A DNA stretch of 64,000 nucleotides from NCBI GenBank assembly GCA_963575745.1, contig CAUYUJ010000214.1, positions 496,001 to 560,000 of the forward strand. Reading direction: 5' to 3'. This stretch comes from Prorocentrum cordatum (taxonomy: Eukaryota). The notes beneath the pieces were generated by a model. It did no database searches. It was not told the DNA's origin and worked only from the letters and a program-made list of their open reading frames with translations. A program made the translations under genes and the position numbers. This document shows, in pieces, positions 19,991 through 30,192 of the stretch (the stretch's first letter is position 1; every line of letters begins with the position of its first letter).

Positions 19991-22900
19991 TCGTCGCCGT
20001 CTGCCTGCTTCTCCCCTCCTCGTCCCCTTCCGCCGGACAGCACAGCCTGCCCGGAACCAGCGTGGCGGCATATAGGAGCCTGACGCTGAGGGCTCGAGAG
20101 GCGAGCCTCGCCTCGGGCCTGCTGCGGACCAGGGCGACGCAGCGTTTGCACGTCGTTATCATTATTGTCGCATTCCTGAGACGCGCTCACCTATGGATGT
20201 TCGGCCCGTGATTGCCCCGCGCACTTGCTGGCGTTTCTGTGGCTTCGCCATCCAGTGGTCGCCCGCGGCCGCTTTGCGGCCGCCCCGTGCGTTTAGCACG
20301 CGTTTCTGCTCCTCCTGCTCCTCCTGCTCCTCCTCCTCCTCCTCCTCCTCCTCCTCCTCCTTCTCCTCCCCCTCCTCCTCCTCCTCCTCCTCCCCCTCCT
20401 CCTCCTCCGCCTCCTCCGCCTCCTCCTCCTCCTCCTCGCACACACGCACACATGAGCATTGCATTGTACATGTGCACGCACGCACATATGGCACAACATG
20501 TCTTACACCACACAGTTGCCACCTTTGCGCTATTGCGCGACATGGGTTGCGCTTCGTCGGTTGTGCCTGGCATTCTGTTCAGAAGATGAGGAGGCTCTAC
20601 CACCCTCCCGCGCCCAGACTCAACAGCACATCTTTTCGTATGGCCATTTGCCTCACCGCTCATTTTTCGTATAACGTCATACCATCCCGACTGCACTTGT
20701 ATTGACGTCACATGTTTATCCCAACACACAATGTTTTCATTAATCGATTGCAGAAGCACGACGAAATCCACGCGCGCACAGGTCGAAGTCATACCAAACA
20801 CATGTGTTACGAAAGCACTTCCACGAACACGCGTTAAAAGCCATGCAGTTTCCCAATCAGCTGCAAACTTTCTGCCCTCGCGCACTTGATGCAACATCTG
20901 AGAGCGATAAGCAATCCCGCCCACAGCCCGCATTCTGATTTCAGTACGCGGTGAGTCCGCGTTGTTCTAGCATGCGGCCCGGCGCACGAATCCGTTTCGC
21001 ATGATACCATGCGGGCCACGCGCGCGAGCCGAAATCATTCCAACATAATTGGTGTTCGAAGCATTACAACATAGAGCTCTTCAAGCACTGTGGAAGTCGA
21101 TTAATGGAGAGGAAGCATGCTGCCAAATAATTTCCATATGTCTAAAAGATGTGCCAAATATGTTCTGAATATGTTAAAAACATGTTTGAAACATGATTAG
21201 AACATGCTTTATACATTTTAAGCACATCTTTAATTCAATGATAGGATTGTCAGTGTGTCCACTGTCATGGCATCCACAATTCAAGCACGTATGGAAAGGT
21301 ATGTGGTTTACAATTAAGGTGCGACGGGTCTCTCGATGATTTCGCGCGTGCACTCCTTTGGCACCCTCATCGTGGCATTCCAATCGCCGCCAATGCCGAC
21401 ATTAGCGCAGAAACCTTCGCCACTGACACATGGACATCATCATCGGCATCGTCGTCACAAGCATCGGTGCCGTCATTGGCCTTGCCGCCATCACCGTCAC
21501 CACTTTTACCATTATCGCCATTATCATCATCGTTGCCGCGGGTGTCGCGCCATCATGATATCGCGCCTGCTGGGGAACCGCAGTCGTTGCCAAATGGGCT
21601 TTGGCAGACAAGTTACGGGCAGGAGGGTGGGATGCATGCGCGAGCAGTGGAGTTGACAAGTTCAAGACGGCCGAGGGCCATTGCAGAAGACATGTTGCGC
21701 CACGTAGATGAAGCCCCAGTGATTGCCCACCACATTCTTGAATGAAGAAAAATCGGCCCGACCGCTCTCCCGAAGCTGGACCGATCGCCCCCTTGAGATA
21801 TGACAGCTTACATGTCACAGTTTCATCGCTCACTTCCTGTATGAACTCAGACCATCCCAGCCGAGCCGCATCGACGCCCCCGGACATTCTTGTCAAAGAG
21901 TCGATGGCGCATTTATTCTTGCATCTCAAAAGATCAGCCCCTTGCGCAAAGCAGTGCAACTATGCCCGCGCGCGCGTGTCGCAATCATGCCAAACACATT
22001 ATTGCTGCACGTATTGCTACATACAACCTTCAACCCCATGGGATGGCCGCGACAATCCGCGCAAATTTTCTGCCCGCGCGCACTTGGTGACCTCGTTGGG
22101 AAACGATGCGGTTTTCGCTATCTCGCCCAGGCCCCGCGCCCCCATCTCAGCATGCGGCGCGTTCGCGCTGATCCAGCATGCGCCCAGCGCGCGGGCCCAA
22201 GCTTGTCAGAAACAACATATGAAACACATTATCTGGGCGCCCCGCTCGCCCGTCGCCGGGCTGCGCTCGCAGCCGCAGCGCCCGGCGCGCGCCGCTGCCT
22301 GCGCCGCGCCCCGCGGCGCGGGCGCCGCGCCGAGAGGGCGCGGGCGCCTTGGGCGGCCTCGGCGCCGGTCGCAGCGCGACCCAGCAACAAGCGAAGACGG
22401 GCGGGTTTGGGCGGGTCAAACCCCGAGGGCGGGGCGCGCGCCCCGCGCGCTGCATAGGAGACCGCGCGCCTCCGCGGGGCCGCGGCGGGCGCGGGCGCCG
22501 CGCGGAAGGGCGCGGACCCGCCCGCGTCGCCTGCGACGCGCGGCAGAGGCGACGCGGCGCCGTTCGCGCCTGCGTCCGCCGCTGGGCTGCGTGCGCACGG
22601 GTCTCCTGGGCGCCCCGCTCGCCCGTCGCTGGGCTGGGCTCGCAGCCGCAGCGCCGGTCGCCCGCCGCTGCCTGCGCCGCGCCCCGCGGCGCGGGCGCCG
22701 CGCCGAGAAGGCGCGGGCGCCTCGGGCGGCTTCGGCGCAGGTCGCAGCGCGACCCAACTCAGCGACGCGGCCGGCGCCGGGCGCCGCCCGCCCACTGCGC
22801 GTGCGGCGCGCGACGCTCGGGCGCGCGGCCGGCGGTCGCAGCTGTTCGACGCGGCAGAGATGCTGCGCGAGCTGCCCGAGCCGTCGGGCGCGGCGCGGCG

Positions 22901-23279
22901 CGCGGCCGCCGCGCGCGCGCCCCTGGTTCCCGCGGCATCGGGCGCGCGCGCGTGGCCGGCGCGCCGGCGCGGCGCTCGGCCCCGCGGGGCGCGCGCGCGG
23001 CCGCCGCGGCGCAGAACCGTTCAGGCAAAGTGGCGACCTGGCGCAACAGCGAGCGATATCGCGCAAGACGCTTGGCCGATTGGGCGACAGCGCCGAGGGG
23101 CGCGCGGAGCGTAGACCACGCTGAACAGGGCGCGCGCGCGGCCCGATTGCCGCCGCGGGCCCTGCGCTTCGCGGGGCGCGCTCGCGCGCGCGCATAGCGA
23201 TGCCGTGACTGGGCGGCCGGCCGCGCGTTCTCGGCGCGCCTGCAGCGGAAAGCCCGCGCTATCTGAGAGCGGGCGCGTT

Positions 23280-26200
23280 CGGCGCCCGGCTGGCTGAGCA
23301 TCGCCCGCTCTTCGCGGCTGGCAAGGTCCGCCAGGTTCGTTGGCCGGGTCAACGCGTCCAATCCAGGCGTGAATTTTCCGCGGCGCAGAGGTCGCACGCG
23401 CGCGCGGCGGCGCTCTAGCGCGGCCGCGCCTGCCACGCCGCCGCCGCGGACCAGGACTGGCGCGCCAAGTGGTTGTGCTCACGGGCCCTGGCTACGCCTT
23501 TAAGGGGTGTGCACTCGGCAACCGAATTTTCCGAGTAGAATGCACTGCGGCGCCATTGCAGCGCGCGCGCCCACGTAATTAGTCAGCGCCGCGCGCTGCG
23601 CCGGCATTTCCAGGGCCGCGATTTGGCGGTCGTCAATCTGCTGAGACGGCGCAAGACGCGCGCGCCGAGCTCTCGCTGCGCGCCAGCGGGCGGGCGCCTG
23701 AGAAGCTCGACTGGGCCCGCGCGCATGCTTTGCCAGCAAATTCAATCGCCGCCAGCTGCGGCCGGTGGCCGCGGGCTTCCACCAGCACGAGCGCGGGCGG
23801 GCGCTCGTCGTCGCATCTCCAGGGCCGCGCGCGAGCCGTGCCCTCGCCGCCCGGCTTCGCGTGGAAGCCCGACTCCGAAGCCCGCGCCTGCGGGCCGCGA
23901 ATCACAACAGACGGGCCCCATGCCATCTCGCGGTCCTGCATGGCGCTGGGCCTTTGGGGGCGCGTGCCAGCTTCGGGAAACGCTGGTCTGCGTGATCCGC
24001 GAGTCCAAAAGGTGGCGCAGCGCTGGCAGCCGCGGCAGCGCGCGGTCCGCGGCCGCCGGGGACGAGCCGGCGCGCTCCCAGCCGCGCGCGCATGCCAAGC
24101 CGCCGAGCGGCAGCCTGATGTGCTCGGTGGCGACCATGGCGCGATTTTTCAGTCGGCATGTCACACAAGCGAGGGGCGATGCCGTGGCTGGATCGCCACC
24201 CGCCGGAAGGCCGCGTCCACGTCAGCTTTCCAGCATTCGATTGCGATTGAAACCTGCGCGCGCACTCGGAAACGACGCCTCGCGGCGCGCGGGCGACCGC
24301 GCGCGCGGCACCTCCTCGCGAAAAGCCCGCGCTAGCACGCGCAGCTGATCGATGGCGTCGCGGCGCCATTCTCCTCCGTTGCACCGTTAACGCCAGCGCG
24401 GGAATAATCGTCGATGCTTCGCACCTGCGCCGCGCTGCGCCATTCCCGCTAGCGCCGACGCGCACGTCGCGGTCGCCTTCGTGGAGCCACCCGGCTTGCG
24501 TCTCTGCTTTATTGGGAAGCGAGGCGCCATAATCTGATCATGCAGTGCCAGACTGTCGACTGGCGCTGGCTCTACCATCCGCCCACGTTCGGCGTCTGCG
24601 ACCGCGCCAGCATCCAGCTCGGCGGCGCGGGCGTCGTCGCGGAGGCTTGCGATTGGCGCCGCGCTCTGTGCTTCCGCGCGGCCAGCCCTGCCAGTCACCC
24701 GCGGGCTCGCGCTCTTCGCGCGTCGCGCAACGCGGGCGCGCGGCGCGCCCGCGAACGGCGCCCCTTCGCTAAACGGGCGCTCGACGTCGTCGGCCCGACC
24801 GAGCTCGGCCGCAGCGGCGCCGATGCTCGGCTCGCCGACTTCGGAGAGGGCGGCTCTGGCCGCGGCGCCCGCGCCGTCGAGCTGGCGCCCCTGGTCCCCA
24901 GAGCGCCGCGACTCGCGAGACTGCGCCGCAATGGCTGCGATCGCGGCCTCGCTCTCGTTAAGGATTTGCCGCGCGGCACGCCCGGGCCACGCTGCGCGCG
25001 CGCCCGGCGACAGCTTGGCGATTTGGCCCGATTAACGCAGGCGCGGAGCTCGTTGGGGAGGGGCGCGCTATCCGAAAACAGCGCCGTGCGATCTGCTGCG
25101 GCGCAGATGATGAAGTCGAGCTTCGCTGCGCCCTCCCCCTGCGAAGCGGCGCGCCCAGCGGGGCGCGCGCGCGCGCGTGCTCGCAGCCGCTGCCCCTCGG
25201 CGCAGGGCGCCCATTCTGTGAAACGCGGGAGCCGCCAGCTCGCCAAATCAATTGCGCTACTCGCAGCGGACTTGGCAGCCGCGCGCTTGCCGCGCGCCGC
25301 GGGCGCGTCGCGACCTGCCCGCGCGCCTGCCTCGCGCAAATTACACTCGCGGGGGCGCAGCCGGGCCCGACAGACACGCGCGCGGGCGAGGCCCACGGAG
25401 CCTGGCGCAAGCGCGCTCGCGCTCTCGCTCTGGCGCGGCGCGCCCGCCCCGGCATCGCGCTGGCCCGCGCCCGTGGCCGCGCCCCGAGCCCCCCAGGACT
25501 GGCCCCCATATTTGGCGTCGTTCGCTGAGGGCGCCTCGGCCTTCCCCTTGCCCGCGCGGCCAGCCCGGGGACTGCCATTGGAGCTCCGCTTCTGTTGGCG
25601 CCCCCGCAGGTCGGGAATGCCGCGCGGCCCCATGGACCCCTCGCGCCTGGCAGCCAAGCGCGCGAGCAAATGCCGGCGGCGCCCCCGCGGAAAAGGGCGC
25701 CTGATGCGCAAACTGCACGACGGCGTCGTTGCGCGCCGTTGCTGCCGCCAGGCTAAGCTGGCCCGCGAAGGGCGCGGCCAGGGCCCACCTGTCGCGCGCG
25801 GCCGCCCACGCCGCGAGCGAGACGCCTGACGGTTAGGCTGCGCCGCGCGGAATCGCGCGCGAGAGCGGCGCGGGCCACGTTGGCGGGCGTCGACTCCGTC
25901 CTGGCCACCGCGATTCTCGACCGCCCAGTGGGGCAGCCATTTCTTCAGATCGGCATAGGTGATAAATTCTGCAATCCCTTAGGCCCGAGCCGCTTGTGCA
26001 CTTGCGCCAATCGGGCGCGAGCCTCGCGCGGCCGCCACGCGGCCCTCCCCCCGCGCGCGCCTGGCTGTCGAGCCAATCGCTGGGCGCCGGCGATGGCCGG
26101 TAGGTCGGCGGCAGCCTGGCGAGGCGAACCGTCTTCAGGCAGTTGTCGATGTCAACGTGCGCGGCTGGATTGCGCGCCAGCGCATCCACGCGGGCGGTCG

Positions 26201-26420
26201 CGGGATCGGTTGATCCTCGCGCCGCTTTGCCAGCGCCGGGGGCGGCGGACATGGCCGCCGCCTCGGCCCGCGCGGCGCCCGTCGTCGCCTGTTTGACTGC
26301 GCTGTCAAGAAAGGCGACTTCTTCTCCGTTGAGGCCCGCCGCTGCACAGGCACTCGCATGAATGTCGAGCCCTGCCGGGCCCTGCTCGACCTGGCGCGCG
26401 CGACGCAGAGCGCTCAGGGC
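23280..26420 (-). pseudogene. Decayed DIRS-like (YR-retrotransposon-type) gag-like / RT / RNase H relic
   Basis: Minus-strand motifs in the expected order across frameshifts: FITYADLKKWLPHW (~25925-25965), APRFPIKQ (~24504-24527), WKADVDAAFRRV (24197-24232), HIRLPLGG..WERAG (~24067-24122; degenerate PFG..SV..W), QIAALE (23608-23625) and NLADLASR (23314-23337; the RNase H N.AD..SR motif). Confidence 0.72.
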
Positions 26421-26759
26421 GACGACGCGCTCGCTCGACGCCCGCCGCGGTTGAGTTGTCGCGGGGCGTTGCGACCACGTCGCCGATGTAGTCCTCGTCG
26501 CGCTTTGCGCGAGCGTCGACTGCGGGCGAGAAAACTTGCAGCTCCGCCGCGTCGCGGACGAGCTCCGTCGACGCGCGCGGAACGCGCGCGCGCGCGCTCG
26601 CGGACCGGCGCTGACGCGGAACGGGGGAAAAGGGCCCCTCGCTGCGGTGAGAGACGATAGGGGCCTCTTTCGGTCGTTCGCGAATCGCGTTGGAGGCGGC
26701 CCAGCAGCCCAGAGCGATCTCCTTCGATCGTTCGCCCGCGATGCTAGCAAGGACGGGTG

Positions 26760-27141
26760 CGGCGCAGATGTCGAGGCGGACCTCGTTCGGTCGCGCGCTG
26801 GCGATACTCGGCCGGACGCGGCGCATACATCGAAACAGACCTCATTCGGTCGTTCGCGCGCGACCTTGTTCGGATGCGGCGTAGACGTCGAGGTCGGACT
26901 TCGTTCGGTTGTTCGCTCGCGATCCTTGTTCGGCTGTGGCGCGGGCCTTTTTTTTGGCCGTGAAAAAGGTTGCGCGCAACGGCTCGCCTGTTGCAGGTTG
27001 GCTGGCGTGCTGCTCTGAGTGTTCTGGGCTCTTCCTCCGCCTTTTCCCCATTATCCTCCTCCTCCTCTTCCTCCTCCCCCCTCTCCCCCCCCCACCCTCC
27101 TCCTCCTCCTCCTCCTCCTCCTCCTCCTCCTCCTCCTCCTC

Positions 27142-27175
<34 letters not shown>

Positions 27176-27540
27176 TCCTCCCAATGGTGTCCGCCAGCTG
27201 CTGTTCTGCGCGGGTGGGGCCCGATTTGTCCGCCTTGGCCGGTGCCCGCGGTAGGCAGGACTTAAGTGGTGATTCTGGACGTGCTGGCCAATCCCCGGGT
27301 TATTTTTGGCGGGCGCCCGAGATTGTCTCCTCTTCTTATCCTTTTCCTCCTCCTCGTCGCTGCTGGTCGCCTGTTTTGCGTTGGTTCCGTTTGTGCGGGA
27401 CTTGCTTCGGCGCTCCGTTATCAGCAGTTCATGGCTTGCCTGGAAACTAACTATTGACGCGGCGCAGGCGTCGACGCGGACCTCGCTCGGTCGTTCGCGC
27501 GCGATCCTCGTTCGCCCGCGCGACGCGCTGGACTCGGACG
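26760..27540. repeat. Dispersed ~57-bp repeat GTCGAGGCGGACCTCGTTCGGTCGTTCGCGCGCGATCCT, interrupted by a (CCT)n tract
   Basis: Copies at ~26770, ~26830, ~26887 and ~27469. Confidence 0.65.
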
Positions 27541-28553
27541 AGAGGCGTCGCAGAAATAATTAACAATGATTTTCGCAATTATTACCGAAAGAATACTCCC
27601 GGACACGCTCCGACAAATCTCGGGAAATACTTTGGCAATATGTCCGCGGGGCCCGGGGCGTTCCGGACATTCTCCTGAATGTTTGGGACGTGTTTCTGAC
27701 ATACTTTGACATATGTTGGAACAACTTTGCCATTTGTTCTGGGTGTGCAGTCTGGCGACATTTTGGAGATCCTCCCCGGGGGCCAGAGATGCGCTTGGAA
27801 CTCTCCGAGGGCCGGAAATGCTCCGGGAGTTTTGCGGGAATGTTTTGGACATGCATCATGTTTGAAGTTGTTTTGGATAGTTGCAAATGTTTTGCAAATG
27901 CTTCCCGGAAGTGTTTCGCAAATACTCTCCGGGGGGCGGGCCACGTCTGGGATTTCCCCCGGTGGACATACTTTCTGCGGGGATTAGTTTGGGATGTTTC
28001 CGGATATGGTTTTCATGTGTTCTCGGGGCCATGGCCTGTCCCGCCACCAGAGGCCTCGTGGATGTTCGTTGGGATCTCGTCGAGGCCTCTCGGAGGCCTG
28101 AAGGCAGCTTTGAGGCCTTTTGGAAGGCTGGTTTGGGGCATCTTGGGGCCTCGTGGGGGCCTCTTGATGGCGGAAGGCTCCCCCTCTTGGGGCCGTCTGG
28201 GAGCCCTCTTGGGCGCGTCTTGGACTCCTATTGGGCCGTCTGGAGGCCCTCTTGGGCCGTTTTGGGACCCTCTTGGGGGCCGCCTTGGCGCGGTCTTAGG
28301 GGCACCTTTGGACGTCTTGGAGCGTCGGAAGTTCGACACCCCAACAACATTGAAACATCAAGGGGCATTCATGATTTTTGCTCCTCGGGGCTCATATGGG
28401 AAGGATCGTCTGAGGCCTGATGGGACTCAAGCCCTTCTGGCCCAAGCTTCGGCTGTGCCAGATCACCTTGTGCTGTTACCATTTGTGTGCTGGCTTGAGA
28501 GCCTCCGTCAGGAGGTTAAAGCAAGGTCTCAAGATTCCCTTGCAGCCGCAGCC

Positions 28554-29798
28554 ATGGCGCCTGCTCCCAGTACTGTGGCTCCTTGGAGGGGCTCTGCAGC
28601 CGCTCCTGCTGCGGACGACGCCGCCTGGGCCACCTTCTCTGCCAGCGGTAAGACGTGGACATGTGGAAGTTGCGGTTGCAAGCGTAACAAGCGTTCGTGG
28701 TGGTTCTGCAAACATTGTAAGACGTCCCGTGCTTCGTCCGACTCTGGCACGTATGCCCCCCCCCCCTCGTGGGGTGGCAGCTGGCACGCGGGCGGGACTG
28801 GAGGCTACAGCGGTTGGCCAGGCCTTCCGCTACGTGCAGGGCCCCAGTTCGACCCGAACGCAGGAGGTGTCGGCGGCGGCGGTGGCGCAGGCCATGGCTG
28901 GGTTTCGCCTCCGCCCGTCGACCACGGCAACACCTCCATTCCCGAGTTGGAGAAACTGGTGGACCTCCTCACGAAGTGCGGCGACACGATGGGGGCGCGG
29001 AAGCATCAGCTCATTCTTGATCAGAAGCGCCGTGCTGCCACAGCCCCCGCTGTCCCGCTACAGGCTAAGGTCAACAAGGCTTTCCATGACCTTCGTCAGC
29101 TTCGTGATCGCACCGACAAGGCCTGCAACGTCTATGAGAAGATGGAGGCAGAGTTGGTGTTGCAGCGGGGCCGCATCCAGACCCTTACGAACGAGCTCAA
29201 GCAGGCGGAGGAGGCTCACGCGGCCCTGGTGGAGCAGCTGCACAAAGAAGTGGCACCTCCTTCGTCATCAGGCCCGCCTCCAGCTGCCTGTCTGGACATC
29301 GCGGCCATCATCCAGGGCAAGGCTGAGGAGATCCCGATCTCGATCGACTCGCTGTTGGCCCCTCAGAACGACTATGAGATCGCTGGTGACGACCTTGAGG
29401 AGGCGAATCGCAGGGCGCAGGAGCTCAAGCAGTCTCTTCAAGATGCAGTTCGTAAACTATTCGGCGACGCGCTGGACAGGACCCAAGCCTTCCAGGCGGA
29501 CCAGCAGAAGATGCTCGAGCGGCTCGCCTCCAAGCGGAGGCGCAAAGATGGCGACGGAGCAGCGGAGACAGTCACGGGAGGTGGAGATTCTGCTCCTACT
29601 GCCGCTGCCGCCGCCGCGGGCGGCGACAACGTGGCTGCTGCTGGGGCAGCCGCCTCTGCCCCCCAGGCTGAGGTTCCAGGAGACGGCGCTGCTGCCGATC
29701 CCGACCGTGCAGATGTACGAGCCCGTGCTGAACGCCTGTTGTCACATGACCTCCCCCCCGCGGCTGAGGGGCTGCGGGGGGGCACAGCTGCAGCCTGA
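28554..29798 (+). CDS. LINE ORF1: RanBP2-type zinc finger and coiled coil (414 aa)
   Basis: GCC-ATG-G start; WTCGSCGCKRNKRSWWFCKHC; heptad-like helical region LQAKVNKAFHDLRQL...ELKQAEEAHAALVEQL; basic KRRRK near the C-terminus. Confidence 0.8.
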   Translation: MAPAPSTVAPWRGSAAAPAADDAAWATFSASGKTWTCGSCGCKRNKRSWWFCKHCKTSRASSDSGTYAPPPSWGGSWHAGGTGGYSGWPGLPLRAGPQFDPNAGGVGGGGGAGHGWVSPPPVDHGNTSIPELEKLVDLLTKCGDTMGARKHQLILDQKRRAATAPAVPLQAKVNKAFHDLRQLRDRTDKACNVYEKMEAELVLQRGRIQTLTNELKQAEEAHAALVEQLHKEVAPPSSSGPPPAACLDIAAIIQGKAEEIPISIDSLLAPQNDYEIAGDDLEEANRRAQELKQSLQDAVRKLFGDALDRTQAFQADQQKMLERLASKRRRKDGDGAAETVTGGGDSAPTAAAAAAGGDNVAAAGAAASAPQAEVPGDGAAADPDRADVRARAERLLSHDLPPAAEGLRGGTAAA

Positions 29799-30192
29799 AC
29801 ATCATCATCTGAACCGCTCTGATGGACTCGCGCCTGTCTCTGCAGGCCAGCCGTTCAACTTGTCTAACTCTATTCTTTCGGCCTCTCGGCCTCGCCTCCG
29901 TCGTTTCCTCCGCTCCCGCGTTGCGCGTCCTTCAGGCTGCGGCCTGAAGGCTGCTGTTCGCCACGCGTGCTGGAGGACCAAACGAATTTTGTCGGGTGAG
30001 TGTCAGAGGTTCGACTCCCTGCAGGTTGCCCTATCCAAGCCTGCCGATTTTGCTCGGCCTGGCCCAGCTTACCCCGTGTTGGCTGCGCCTGGCTCTCAGT
30101 ACCCGATTGAGGTGGTGCCTGGTCCCAGGATCTCCCAGGCTCCCCTTCCGTGCTCCTCCCTTGCCCCTCCTGGCACCCTGGAGCCTGACGGG

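Noticed and set aside
21742..25829. Arg/Ala-rich plus-strand ORFs of 240-460 aa
   Set aside because: Stop-poor CG-saturated DNA; recognisable motifs are on the minus strand.
27690..28553. N-terminal 288 aa of the 702-aa ORF
   Set aside because: Translates flanking repeats upstream of the SL-like boundary; ORF1 more plausibly starts at ATG 28554.
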